Origin: Octopus bimaculoides
Taxonomy: Eukaryota
Assembly (NCBI RefSeq): GCF_001194135.2
Contig: NC_068982.1
Location: 44,447,296-44,511,295, forward strand
DNA length: 64,000 nt
Reading direction: 5' to 3'
Shown: piece after piece, positions 24,350 through 37,450 of the stretch
How the letters are laid out: each line of letters begins with the position of its first letter
How positions within the stretch are numbered: the stretch's first letter is position 1
Translations under genes and position numbers: made by a program
Notes under the pieces: generated by a model
The model's database searches: none
Seen by the model: only the letters and a program-made list of their open reading frames with translations
Told to the model about the DNA's origin: nothing

Positions 24350-24551
24350 TGCAGGATCGTCAGCACGCCGGGCGAAATGCTTAACGGTACTTCCTCTTCC
24401 GCTACGTTCTGAGTTCGAATTCCGCCGAGGTCGACTTTGCCTTTCCCCTTTTCGGGGTCGATAAATTAAGAACCAGTGAAACACTGGGATCGATGCAACC
24501 GACTAGCTCCCTTCCCCCAAAATTTCAGGCCTTGTGCCTATAGAAGTAAAG
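24350..24551 (+). mobile_element. SINE family A, 12-bp TSD
   Basis: AATATTATACTG at 24337-24348 and 24552-24563. Confidence 0.9.
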
Positions 24552-24570
24552 AATATTATACTGATGTTTT

Positions 24571-24784
24571 AAGGTGGTGAGCTGGCAGAATCGTTAGTAC
24601 GCCGGGCAAAATGCTTAAAGGCATTTCATAGGTCTTTACGCTCTGACTTCAAATTCCGTCGAGGTCCACTTTGTCTTTTATCATTTTGGGATCGATAAAA
24701 TAAGTACCGGTTGAGCACTAGGGTCGGTGTATCTAATTTAGCACTGGGCCAGGAACAGCTGGCATTGTACCAATATTTGAAATC
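24571..24784 (+). mobile_element. SINE family A, full length, 16-bp TSD
   Basis: AATATTATACTGATGT at 24552-24567 and 24785-24800. Confidence 0.9.
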
Positions 24785-26039
24785 AATATTATACTGATGT
24801 CTTTCCTGACCTATCTAAAGAGGAAATATCTGGAAATGGAAATGGAAACAAGACTCAGAAATGGAAACTAGAATCACCAGGTTATTTGTCGCTGTGGCTG
24901 TTGTTGCTTACCTCTAGACATTCAAGTCATGTATGAACAAAACCGTTCAAGTCTCCTTCTTAATTTGCTTTTGTTCAAACATCTAGTACTGTGTTATCCA
25001 ATGAGTCCTTTTCTGGAAGACGATGTGTGTATAATACGAGAAAGCTTAAGATCAGACTTCTATTTTTAGCAGATCTTGTGAACACATTGAGGCTCCTTTA
25101 GTAGATCATTGTCTCTTAAGTATTCTCCATTGCAGGAAAAATACAGATACTTAAAGAGTGGTTTTTAAAATAGAGATAATTCTGAATCGCAGCTGCTTAG
25201 CATTTCTCAATGTTTAACATGCAAAAAAAAAGCAAAAGAAAAAAAAAAGAAACAAAAAAAAACTTACGCATATTAGATAAATTACAAATTAGTTTTACCT
25301 TAATTATCGAATCTAATATCAAGTTCCGAGAATGAAACAACTCGTTAGCTTACGTCAAACCAACTGAAGATTAACGAGCAATTATATAATTTACAGTTCT
25401 GAAATCACCTAATTATACACTTGTTATTAACTTGCTACAAACATTATAATCCCCATCATAAATATTCTTCATCGCATCTTCCCCAGACTCTCCATTTTGC
25501 TTCTCAATCATATGATCATACTATCACTACCCTCCTCATCCACGCAAAATAAAAAAGCAACTTTGCTTCAAGTAAGACTCGCAGAACGCTCCTAGTTCTC
25601 AAAACATTTGAGTCATTGAATCAGTAGTGTTACTATATAATCGACGATTCACTGACCCAAATTACCTCCCTTGGAAATTTCAAAATATTACATCAAAAGT
25701 TTAAATTGAAGGTTCTAAAATGTAGAGTATCGAAATATCATAGTAATCAGAGAGCCTTTAATAGGTCAAAGACCAACAGCAATATACTCACGGTTTGGAG
25801 AATATATTATGATGAAGTAAAGATAGCATTTATCATTCCTATGGATGGAATGACTGGGAGAAAATATCCTGAGATGCCTGTTGCATGAAAGCCTAATAGA
25901 AAGTGAGCATTAGTGTGCGGGAGTTAGTAATGTATGAAATGTTGTTTAGTTAAAATGGAACTCAGTCACATGCTAAACGACTAATATCGATAGGCATCAC
26001 TCATGAAATGGAGTCCTTTGCTCAATGATGCAATACACT

Positions 26040-26112
26040 ACCTGGTCCAGGAGTTGAACTCCAATTTTATGATGAAGACTGTGACACTCTAACCACTGGG
26101 CCACACGCCTTC
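26040..26112 (-). mobile_element. tRNA-derived SINE head
   Basis: Reverse complement TGGCCCAGTGGTTAGAG...GGAGTTCAACTCC. Confidence 0.65.
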
Positions 26113-26354
26113 ATCTGAATGACTAATTCTGGTAATAAAGCAAAAGAGGGAGAAACTCGAAATTTTATTATAATTAATATGCAATATGATAGGTTGTTTT
26201 GAGCCAGATATTTAGCAATACAAGGACAACTACTATGACATACACCGGTTTTATTAGTCCGACTCAGTGAAGAATAGACAAATCATTACTGCAGATTTTG
26301 GATTATATATATATATATAATCGTGTGTGTGTGTGTGTGTTTGTATGTGCATAT

Positions 26355-26778
26355 ACTCTTTTACTCTTTTACTTGTTTCAGTCATTTGACTGCGGCCATG
26401 CTAGAGCACCACCTTTAGTCGAGAAAATCGACCCCAGGACTTATTCTTTGTAAACCTAGTACTTATTCTATCATTCTCTTTTTGCCGAACAGCTAATTTA
26501 CGGGGACGTAAACATACCAGCATCGGTTGTCAAGCGATGGTGGGGGGACAAACACAGACACACAAACACACATACATTTATATATATATACATATATATA
26601 TATATACATATATACGACGGGCTTCTTTCAGTTTCCGTCTACCATATCCACTCACAAGGCTTTGGTCGGCCCGAGGCTATAGTAGAAGACACTTGCTCAA
26701 GGTGCCACGCAGTGGGACTGAACTCGGAACCATGTGGTTGGTAAGCAAGCTACTTACCACACAGCCACTCCTGCGTCT
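26355..26778 (-). mobile_element. SINE family B, full length, with internal (TA/CA) microsatellite
   Basis: Near-identical to 61840-62280; A-box-like TGGCTGTGTGG and B box GTTCAGTCCC. Confidence 0.92.
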
Positions 26779-28339
26779 ATATGTAATGAATACATATATA
26801 TATGTATTCATTCATTAATCCATACATCTATCCATCCATCCATCCATCCATCCATCCATACATACATACATACATACATACATACATGCATACATACGTA
26901 CTTCTGCTCGTTAGTTCCTGACACACCAAAGGAGCAGGGCAGTGACCTCTAGATGTCCTCCTACTGTCCTTTAAGTGCCACTTTTAGTGAAGATTTAATT
27001 TGGAACCATTGTGTGAGCTTATTGCTCGTGCCACGAAGACCACTGCTTGAACTTGCTGCTGTCTCAAACTAGGTTTGTTCTTTCCATGTTTAGTGGCTTG
27101 CTGTTTTTCTTTTCAGTTCCGTTTTTCATTCCTTTACGTCCATAACTACATTGAGCTCTTCTCAACATCTCTGAATTTTGTGTATGGACATGGCCATTAT
27201 AGCTTAAATGAATGACGAGGTGCGGGAACCTTGAGACGCCTTCTGCACGAAAACTAAGTAGTAAATTTGATGCCAGTATACTTGATATCATAAAATCAAA
27301 AAATCTCACAGTATTCCTAAAGGTAAGTCTAAATTTTCATTAAATGCCCATATTTAGTTTTGTCTCACCCTCCGTTTTATTTCTTTACACCAGAAGTATT
27401 TATAAAAATTACTATTATTATTTTTCTCGAATTACTGTATTAGGCATATTGACGCCTACTTTACTATCCATTTTTCATGCAGGAACGTCCCTGAGTATTC
27501 TTTCAAATCATACTTTTGAATTATAAATCTACACACTGTTATCTCACATAGGTCTTAAATATTATTCTCATCCTCTAAGGTCTACCAGTCATTGTTAGAC
27601 AATGCTTCGTGGTGAGGTTTAATATGACCAAAATATTACTGAATGTGGCATCGTGCTGTTAAAGATCAGACTTACTTGCCAGTTCATTATATATTTAATT
27701 AATTTAATTTGATTAAAATGTCATGCAAGGGGACACAACCCCTTGCATCCGCTTTTTTTATACTAAAATTAGTTATTTAGAAAATATATTGTTTTCGAGG
27801 ATCTCGTTATAATTAATAGCTCTTGATTTACTACATCAAATATACTAGCGCATATTTACTAATATATTCAATCGATAAACAGGTGAAGGGTGGACACTAC
27901 AAAGTTGTATTTTTAACATTACACAAACTGATATCTAATAGATCGTTTTTATTAGAACAGATCAAATATACATTGATAAGTAATTGTAGATTAAGATTAA
28001 CAAAATTGAGAAACGACTGGAGGTTGTAAGGTCAAATTATTTTGTACAGTATCTTAATGCCTGGCTTAGCAGACAGGTTGGTACGACTAACGACATGAAA
28101 GTGATTTTTTTTCTCTCTCTCAAGAACATATAAAACTTCCTAGTTACGAGTCAAAAGGACATAACATAATCACCTCCAGATTTTAGACAGATGTAAACAA
28201 AATCACACAGATATACACACACCGACAGGAACACATACACACATATTTAGTAAGATAGATAGATAGATAGATAGAGAGAGAGATAGACGGACTGATGGAC
28301 TGATGGACAGACAGACTAACAGACGGACGCCTACAATAT

Positions 28340-28377
<38 letters not shown>

Positions 28378-28379
28378 CA

Positions 28380-28560
28380 TGTAACCTCGTGGGCATCGGT
28401 ACCATTTTCCTCTTTCTCCGTTCTTCCATTCTCCGAACTTTCCATCTTTCCGACGAAGGGCTACGCCCGAAACGTCATACACTCTCTCTTTCCTTTCCTG
28501 AGCGTCCAATAATACTATCCATATCACGTCCTCACTTTGTTGTTTTTTTGTTATTGTTTT
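28380..28560 (+). mobile_element. Solo pLTR-like repeat with minimal hammerhead (28447-28479)
   Basis: TTT CCGACGA A GGGC TAC GCCC GAAA CGTC (GUC site); stem I weakened; homologous to 21235-21410. Confidence 0.72.
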
Positions 28561-28611
28561 TTTTAACTATATATANNNNNNNNNNNNNNNNNNNNNNNNN
28601 NNNNNNNNNNN

Positions 28612-28643
<32 letters not shown>

Positions 28644-29208
28644 TGTGTGTGTGTGTGTATCAACTATAATCAAGGATAAAATCTATATAGGATATTATCA
28701 AGTTGCTAGCATGTAAAACCCATATATTTAGTGAGGAGCTTTGAGAGGTGAATATATTTATTCAACCACTTCTTATTCTTAGGATTATGGTCGTTTGGCA
28801 GCCTTCGTCACATAATAATAATTTCAGTGTATGATAAATTATTTTAATTGTCTGCACTAATATGCATGCTATGCATTGTACCATGCAATTGTACATTTAC
28901 AAATGAATGCAGATAAAGAATGCTAGCTCCTGTGATCACCATAACATCATGTCTACACCAATGCTTTAACTCTAAGGATAACAAGTGATTAAATAAATAT
29001 ATTCACCTCTCATACTTCCTGTCTTATTATGATTTATAAACACGTCATGAGATAATTTCATCGATTAGATCTCTTGGATTTCGGATGAATAGAACTCTGC
29101 CTCATACTCCTTCGTATTAGATTACTATGTGGTATGGTAGCCGTGTCCACCACGGGAGCTTTCTGTGATAGCCACATAAGTCTATGAATCTACATACTGC
29201 ACTACAAA

Positions 29209-29281
<73 letters not shown>

Positions 29282-29699
29282 AAAAGAGTGATTAAAACTC
29301 CAAGTGAATACTTTATAAACATTCCGTACGGATCAAACTTGGCAGATTAAATTGTCCAGTGAAAGTCACTCTAATCCAGGTCGGCCGTAAAATTACTTTT
29401 CGCTGTCCGTCCAATTTGCAAATCCAAGGTTCAAATACCGAATAAATTTGGTATAACGTCACAGAATATAGAGGTAAAGCACAAAGAATGAAGAATTATA
29501 TATTCTTTAATTCGCTTACACGTATCTGATGTTAATTTTTCATGGTCGTAGACAAGTATTTCCTACCATCACGTAAATATGGTAGGTTAACTGACATACA
29601 GTTAAATTTGCCTATTCAACTACGAGAAACTTGACTTCATTACCTTTGACGGAGTCCTTTTGCCAAAGAACAGTTTTATACACCTCAGGATTTCCCCAC

Positions 29700-30340
29700 G
29701 TTGTTGATCATTTTATCCATTTGCACATTTTGTTGTGAGGTCTGGTTGCAGTCTTTTGTTGTATTTTGTGTTCGTATTGCGTATTGTGTATTTAATGCGA
29801 GTTGTGTTCTTCTGTTTGGTATCCAGCCCGTAGAGTTCATGTTGTGGTCGTTATTTTATTAGATATTTACTGTATAGAGTATGTCTTATATTTCTTCATT
29901 GTTTTCTTTGGGTTGTATAATTGAATTGCTAGTGTATTGCGTAGGATGTTGGCTGTTCCTAGCAGGGTTATTTTGGGATAATGTGTAATGCTGAGAGTAC
30001 AGGTATAGTTTCTACGTTTTTGTTCATATGTTTTTTATCCTACCTAGTGCTCCAGTTACTACCAGTATTGTTTTCACCTTCATGCCCCACATCTTGAATA
30101 TTCGAATTTCGAGTTCTCTGTACTTTGAAAGTTTCTCCACTTCTTTCGGGGCAATATTTTGGCCAGAAGGAACTGTAATGTCTATGAGTAATGAGGTGTT
30201 ATTTTTCAGTTCTTGATTATTATGCCAGGGCGTTTAGATTTCGTTTCTTTGTCAGTTTGAACAGGCACATCTCAGATGATAGAACCTGGTCCGTTGTCAT
30301 GTTGTCATGTAACTTGTCCGGTAAATGTTTATAAAATTTT
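29700..30340 (-). pseudogene. R4/Dong-clade LINE 3' fragment, REL endonuclease
   Basis: Frameshifted minus translation KSKRPGIIIK...LLIDITVPSGQNIAPKEVEKLSKYRELEIRIFKMWGMKVKTILVVTGALG...ITLLGTANILRNTL. Confidence 0.85.
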
Positions 30341-30508
30341 TTGTTAGTTTTTATGTTATAGCATTGATTAGAATTCTTAGCACAACGGCAAAATGCATTG
30401 CGGCATCTCGTCCGTCCGCACGTTCAGTGTTCAATAAGACTGAAATAAGTAAATGAATAAAAGAATAAGACAATTTAATACCAGAATTTTAGACTGGAGC
30501 AAATGACA

Positions 30509-30574
<66 letters not shown>

Positions 30575-30578
<4 letters not shown>

Positions 30579-30745
30579 GACGGGCTTCTTTCAGTTTCCA
30601 TGAACCAAATTCACTCACAAGATTTTGGTTGGCCCGGGGCTATAAAAGAAGAAACTTATCCAAGGTGCCACGCAGTGGGAGTGAACCCGGAACCATGTGA
30701 TTGGGAAGCAAGATTCTTACTACACAATCACTCTTGCGTCTATTA
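30575..30745 (-). mobile_element. SINE family B 5' half, ending in its internal (TA)n
   Basis: ATACGACGGGCTTCTTTCAGTTTCC...GGTGCCACGCAGTGGGAG...CTTACTACAC. Confidence 0.9.
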
Positions 30746-31579
30746 TTTTATTATCTTTACTTTGTATTTTTTTTTTTTAAATTAGCTTTTGATAAATTTA
30801 TATTTTATCCATTTTTACACTTAAATTTTAACTTTATGTTCATCTTCATTTTCTTAACATATTTTTTAAAATCATATTATCTTACTTTTTAATATTTATT
30901 CTTTTAAGGAAGTTAATTCTTTTAACATAGAATATCTTCTTTAGTAAATAACATATCGGTGACTTTCCTTTCGAATACTCATTAACTCTTTTATGTTTTC
31001 TACTCAGACTTTAAATTTAGATTTAATATTGATTTAATACTGATCTTATTTCCATCGTGACCTAAATAACAATCTACTAAATCGCTGGGTTCTACTTATG
31101 GCCTCTGTCTATTTGAATTGGTCAGTAATAGTTTAAACAGAGTGGAATTTTTGCAATAACATTCTTCAAGCCGATGTGAAGGATTATTGAAATTAAGTAT
31201 CACATTGCAATCTTTACATGATATAATAACTACTATTCCTAAGTAGGTCTGCTGAATATACCTCCATTAACTTTATACTGCTCAAATATAATTAGTTTTA
31301 CTATTAGCTGCCTCCCTTAAAATGTTCTCTTATTTTAAGCAGTGCGGTATAGCTTTGATAAGGATAAGATGGTGTTAAGCTCCTCTATTTCAGTAGAATC
31401 TCAGCCGATTGAATATGGGATTGATTGATATGCATAATTATCGCATTGTAGTATTTTGAAATGCAAACCTTTCTGTAAACAAATTAAAGAATGCATACTT
31501 CTCCATTCTTCGTGCATGAATGTATGTATGTATGCATGTATGTATGTATGTACATATATATATCTTGATAAATTGGTAC

Positions 31580-31666
<87 letters not shown>

Positions 31667-31846
31667 TTAATGCACACACGCACACACACCCATATATATT
31701 GATAAATAGATACATACATATACACACATATATGTATACATACACATATATATACACATATATACATATAGATATAGTTATATATAAATACATGGATATG
31801 TGTGTGCGTATGAGTGTGTGTATGTATGTTTGTGAAAACACATACT

Positions 31847-31883
<37 letters not shown>

Positions 31884-32511
31884 NNNNNNNNNNACACACA
31901 CACACACACACACACATAACGAGCTTGCAGCCATTTGCGGTTTATCGAATTTTATTTACAAATCATAGGTCAACGCACAACCAGCAAAAGATATTTGCCC
32001 AAGGTATAATATAGTGAGCTTGAATCCTGCTCTCTAAGGTTGCAAGGCGAATTTATTAACCACACAGCCTTGTCAGTAAAAAAAAGATATTCAGTATTTT
32101 GGATTCTTTGCAGATATTTGCTACGAACCTTTCTTTTTATGTAATTTTTATTCAATATTTCGCTCTTGAACTTATTGCTTTGGCTACATCTGGCATTTAT
32201 TGTTTTGCGTGTGCTTTAATTTTCGTTGTAGATATATATATTTCCTACCTGGTTTATTTTTGACGTGTCTTATTTTTATTGTTTCTGCTTTGCTTGAAAA
32301 GACAGAAATACGAATGATAAATTCATACACCCACACATATACATGGAGAAAGATAAATTTATCTACATTACCATACGTTTACATACACATACACAGGCAC
32401 TCACACATACATACATGTGTGTGTATATACATACATAAAGAAATTCCTATATATATATATATACATGTAAACATACACACAGACACAGACACGACGCACA
32501 GGTGCACACGC

Positions 32512-32554
<43 letters not shown>

Positions 32555-32669
32555 AACACGCACGCACGCACACTCTCTCTCTCTCACACACACACACACA
32601 CGTCATTGAATAGTCCTGAAACTATGCAGGAAAAGAAATAATATTGGAAAGAATGAAACAAATAAGCAG

Positions 32670-32790
32670 GCTTAAATTAAAGAAAGAAAAAAAAGAAAAA
32701 AGAAAGAAGGAAAGAAGGAAAGAAAGGAAAAAGAAAGAAAGGGAAAAGAAAGAAAGGAAAAAGAAAGAGAGGAAAAAGAAAGAAAGAAAC
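32670..32790. repeat. Purine-rich (AAAG/AAGG) tandem repeat
   Basis: Recurrent AAAGAAAGGAAAAAG units. Confidence 0.9.
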
Positions 32791-33620
32791 CATGAAATAC
32801 TTTATGATGAAAAAAATGAATGCAGATAAATTTGAATTAGGAAAGACGTTATTTCATAATGATTTCAGGTTGGGTCAATAACCCGCCATTATTTTATGCC
32901 AGCCACTCATATTGGTTGACAGCATTCTTAACACTTTTATAGCAATAGGCGGATATTGAACACTAAAAGTAAATGGCAATGAGCAATAACAACAACAACA
33001 GCAACAACAGCGGCGGCGACGACAACAACAGCAACAACTAGTACAGAATAAATATAGATCACTGATAGAAGAGAGCATAATTTTATCGAAGAGAGTAGAT
33101 AATGATTTTCTATGAATCTTGATAGTGCACAAAGAAGCGTAATGTTATGCTTGGTTTGTAAGAAACATGATTCATTCAATAATTTTAGAAGAATATTTTT
33201 TTTAAGGAACTTAAAGTAAAGAATATAATTCTTAAAACGAAAACAAAAAAAACAAAAAAAAATACGGAATTAAAGAATATTTTTAATTCGAAAATTTCTT
33301 TTTAACAGAAACATTTCTTACAAAGGTGGAAAGAAAGCGCAGATTAAGCAGCTTAAACTAGAAAAGAGAAATTTTTTTGTAAAGCAAAAAAAATAACCAA
33401 AAAGTTGGCAAATATTGTGTTCTTCCAATCAATTGTTAAAAGAAAATGTTTTGAAAGAGAGAGAAAAAAAAACAATAACTTTATCACTAAAGACTGTAAA
33501 ATGTCGAATAATATTCATTCGTGTGCAAGGAAATTAAATCTCTACACTGTGAAATAACTACCAAGCCAATCGATGGCTCGAGGGTTCGTAACCCTTCACC
33601 GTTTATTATTATATATCGTC

Positions 33621-34150
33621 TAAAGGTCGCGAGCTGGTAGAATCTTTAGCACGCCGGATATAATGCTTAGAGGCATTTCGTCCGTCTTTACGTTCTTAGT
33701 TCAAATTCCGTCGAGGTCGACTTTGCCTTTCAAGCTTTCGGGGTCAATAAAATAAGCCCCAACTGGACATTGGGATCGACGTAATCGACGTATCCCACCC
33801 CCGAAATTGCTGGCTTTGTGCTAAAATTTGAAATCATTATTATATATCGACCATCTTACGTCCTGAGTTCAAATTTCACTGGAGTCGACTTTGAATTTTA
33901 TCCTTTCGAGGTCAATGAAGTAATTACTAGCTGAGCACTGGATCGATGTAATCGATTACCCCTCCCCTAAAATTGCTGGCCTTGTGCCAACATTTGAAAT
34001 CATTATTATACATCGTCCATCTTACTCGACTTTGCCTTTCATCTTACCGAAGTCGATGAAGTAATTACCTGTTGAGCACCAGGTCGATAAACTAATTACC
34101 AGTTGAGCACTCCCTTGAAATTGCTGGCCTTGTGCCAAATTTTGAAAGCT
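33621..34150 (+). mobile_element. Three tandem family A SINEs, progressively 5'-shortened
   Basis: Units 33621-33835, 33859-34001 and 34025-34148, separated by an ATTATTATAYATCGWCCATCTTA spacer. Confidence 0.85.
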
Positions 34151-34439
34151 TAATTATGTATTTAAAAAAGAGTACAGTATTGGTAGGATCGTTACAGTGT
34201 CGGGGAAAATACCTTGCATTACGTTCCAAATCACACTGATGTTAACTTTGCCCTTCATACCACAAGAATCGACAGAACAAAGTACCAGTTAAATACTGGG
34301 CTCAATGGTATCAACTATACTCATCTCTTCAAAACTGCTGACCTTGTGTCTAAATTAGAAACAATTATAAAGCATTTTCATAAAGATATTCGAATAACAC
34401 TAATCCATTGCAACTAGAAATACGTACCATTTCGTATAA

Positions 34440-35240
34440 GTCCATTAATGACATATTTGCCGCCACATCCAGTAACATTCATTCTTATACAGATGACGAA
34501 GCATTTCGTTTTTCTTTACCTTCCCTTCCCTCTCTATGCATCATCGACACGCAACCTAGATACTACACACCAAACTCACGTTGTTTACCGTAAACAGAAA
34601 CCATTAGCGCATTCTCCAACAGTGCCATGCAAACTTTGTTCCTTTTAACAGCACAAATTCTCGCACTACCTATATCAAGAAAACATCACAGCACGTATCC
34701 TCTTAAAATATGAGCCGCACTCAGCTAGATCCCTCCCATCGCTTCAAATGCTGGGCTTCACTATAACCAAGTACCTCTCCTGGCGAAAGCATATCCTTAG
34801 TATAGTCCAGATGGTATCCTAAAGTCTAGTTCTCTTTAGGACTAGATTTTCTATCCCCCAACAGCTGCTGATGCTCTACGAATGAGGCTCCAGTAGAGTA
34901 CTGCACCCCCATACCTATATGAGGGCGCTGCTGCTTTGCACCACAGACATCCTGGACTACATCTGGAGAAGGGCCACTCGGCTGGTTAGTATCTCATCGC
35001 TAATCAACAACTCCAACGTCTGGCCCACAAGCGTGCTGTCTTCTCTTTCTGTCTTTTCTATCTCTACTATAATGGTCGCTTACTCCTCAGAACTGGCCGA
35101 CCGCAAGCCTCCACTAACCAGGCACCGCAATCCATTCGTCTCTTCACCTCTCGTCACCCTTGGTGCATCCAACTCTTTTCCACCGCACTAACTACCAACC
35201 CAACCCTTCTTCCCCATTACGTCAACCCTCTGGAATCTCT
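34440..35240 (+). pseudogene. Decayed CR1-group LINE RT C-terminal region
   Basis: NDIFAATSSNIHSYTDD (YADD motif), QQLLMLY...VEYCTPI, DILDYIWRRATRLV. Confidence 0.7.
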
Positions 35241-35261
35241 TCTATGTTCATATCTTTCCTA

Positions 35262-35609
35262 TTATCGTGGTCGTGTGGTAAGAAGTTTGCTTCTCAGCCA
35301 CATGGTTCCGGGTTCAGTCCCACTGTGTGGGATCTTAGGCAAGTGTTTTCTACTATAGCCTCGGGGCGACTAAACCGTTGTGGGTGAAATTGAAAGACCG
35401 AAATTGAACGAAACCTGTCATGTGTGTATTCGCGCGCGCAGGCATCCCTTTGTGTCTGTGTGTGTGCCTCCATCATCACTCGGTAACCGATGTTGGTGTT
35501 ATATATATATATATATATATATACATATATTATATGTTTGTGTCTGTGTTTGTTCTCCACCACCACCACCACCATCGCTTGACAACCGATGTTGTTGTTG
35601 TTGTTGTTG

Positions 35610-35679
<70 letters not shown>

Positions 35680-35865
35680 ACTGCTTGATAACTGGTGTTG
35701 GTTTGTTTATACCCTCATAGGATAGTGGTCCGGCAAAAGTTATTGATGGAATGGGTAAAATAATTTTTTAAAAATAAATACTGGGTCGATTTGATCAACT
35801 AACACATTAAGGTTGTGTTCCAGCATGGCCGCTGATATATGACTGAGACAAGTAAAAGAAAAGTA
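35262..35865 (+). mobile_element. SINE family B expanded by internal (TA), (ACC), (GTT) and (GT) microsatellites
   Basis: Head GTGTGGTAAGAAGTTTGC...GGTTCAGTCCC; tail CCAGCATGGCCGC...GACTGAGACAAGTAAAAG. Confidence 0.85.
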
Positions 35866-36124
35866 TGAACTTAATGGAAGAGGGTTTTGTTATGTTTTGT
35901 TTTGCTTTTAGTTTGATGCTTTCGTGTTCTGAATGTTGAATATATATGTCTGGGCTTTTGGATATACCACTAGATTTTGGAAGAGTCTGTCACTTAATTG
36001 CAAGGAACCGTGTGTTGCATCTAACTATGCAAACAAATTGTACCCCTCCCATGTGTAAGTGGTCTTTCGGTTTCAGTTATGTTTCATTGTATAAGGTGAT
36101 CTGTGGGTAAATCCTGTGTACAAG

Positions 36125-36445
36125 TTAAGTGAAGGCGCGAGATTAGGGCATTCGGCTCACGATCGTAAGGTCGTGAGTTCAATTCCCAGTGACGCGTTCT
36201 GTCCTTGAACAAGACACTTCATTTCACGTTGTTCTAATCCACTCAGCTGACAAAAATGAGTATTACCTGTAATTCAAAGGGCCACCCTTATCCCATTCTG
36301 TGTCACGCTGAATCTTCCTGAGAACGACATTAAGGGTACACATGTCTGTGGAGTGCTCAGCCACATGCACATTAATTTCACGAGCAGGCGTTCCGTTGAT
36401 CGGATCAACGGAATACTCGGCGTCGTAACCGACGAAGTGCCATCA
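36125..36445 (+). mobile_element. SINE family C with CORE-like segment and 3' tail shared with family D
   Basis: B box GAGTTCAATTCC, GTCCTTGAACAAGACACTT, tail GTCACGCTGAAT...TTAAGGGTACAC.TGTCTGTGGA.TGCTCA.CCAC. Confidence 0.8.
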
Positions 36446-36950
36446 CAAAGTCACAAGTTATTATGATGCGTAGTACACTAATTTTTGTATTTATAGTGTG
36501 CTTTTGTCGTATATTCTCGTTTGTTGTGGAAATCTGGTGATCACAGGTAGAATTGATAGAATCCATAGTGGATCTAATACATTCTTTTTGCAACATTGTT
36601 ATTATTTATTTCTATAGTTCAAATGTGGTACTGGTGATTGCTCTAAGTATACATACATGTGTCGTTTTGCTTTCTTTATTGTGTCTTCTATGTGTGCTAA
36701 GAATGTTGTTGAGATGTTGCATGTAAATCCTAATATTTTTGCTATTTCAACGTGTCTATGATATTTGTTTGTGAGTGTAGTGATTGAACTAAATTAGTTG
36801 TATTTATTAGGTCCTTCGAGCGTGTGTGTTGGTGGGGGGGGGGGGGGATTTTGTGCGTGGTTGAGTTGCTAGTAAGGGAAGCTGTGAATTTGACAGCTGC
36901 TACTAAACTCTGTGGACGTAGGATTCTATGTGATTTAAATAAATTTGTGA
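36445..36950 (-). pseudogene. Decayed LINE RT C-terminal region (I/Jockey-like)
   Basis: EIAKILGFTCNISTTFLAHIEDTIKKAKRH then KECIRSTMD...VLRII, matching the LG.T.D..LT...HI...KA and Y...IR...EY motifs. Confidence 0.55.
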
Positions 36951-36959
36951 TATTTTGGC

Positions 36960-37145
36960 GTGGGTACAACTGTGTGGTTAAGAAGTTCACTCTGCTATCA
37001 CGTGGTTTCGGGTTTTGTCTCTTAGGTACCGTACCTTTAGTCAGTGCCTGTCAGTATAGACCTGAGCTAACCAATGCCTTGTGAGTGAATTTGGTAGACA
37101 GAAACTGTGTGGAAACCCATCGTGTGTGTGTGTGTGAGAGAGAGT

Positions 37146-37204
<59 letters not shown>

Positions 37205-37450
37205 CACACGCACAAATATATGCGCACCTGTGTGTCTTTGTGTCAGTGTTTGTCCTTCTCCACGAGTACCGCTTGCCAACCGCTGTTGATTTGTTCAAGT
37301 CCGCGTGACCTAGCGGTCTGGATAAAGATACCGATAGAATATGAGTGCCAAACATTAAAAAATAAACACTATGGGTAATTTGCTTAGACCAAAAGCCTTT
37401 CAAGGCAGAGTCCTAGCATAGCCGCAGCCCAATGACTGGAACAAGCAAAA
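36960..37450 (+). mobile_element. SINE family B with internal microsatellite
   Basis: CTGTGTGGTTAAGAAG...CCTTGTGAGTGAATTTGGTAGACAGAAAC...GACTGGAACAAG. Confidence 0.85.

Noticed and set aside
24912-25012. Minus-strand exon candidate with TTCCAG acceptor and GAG/GTAAGC donor
   Set aside because: All three frames contain stops and there is no expression evidence; it could only be non-coding.
27064-27309. Possible RTE 3' coding relic
   Set aside because: Only a weak GH..R-like resemblance; insufficient to call.
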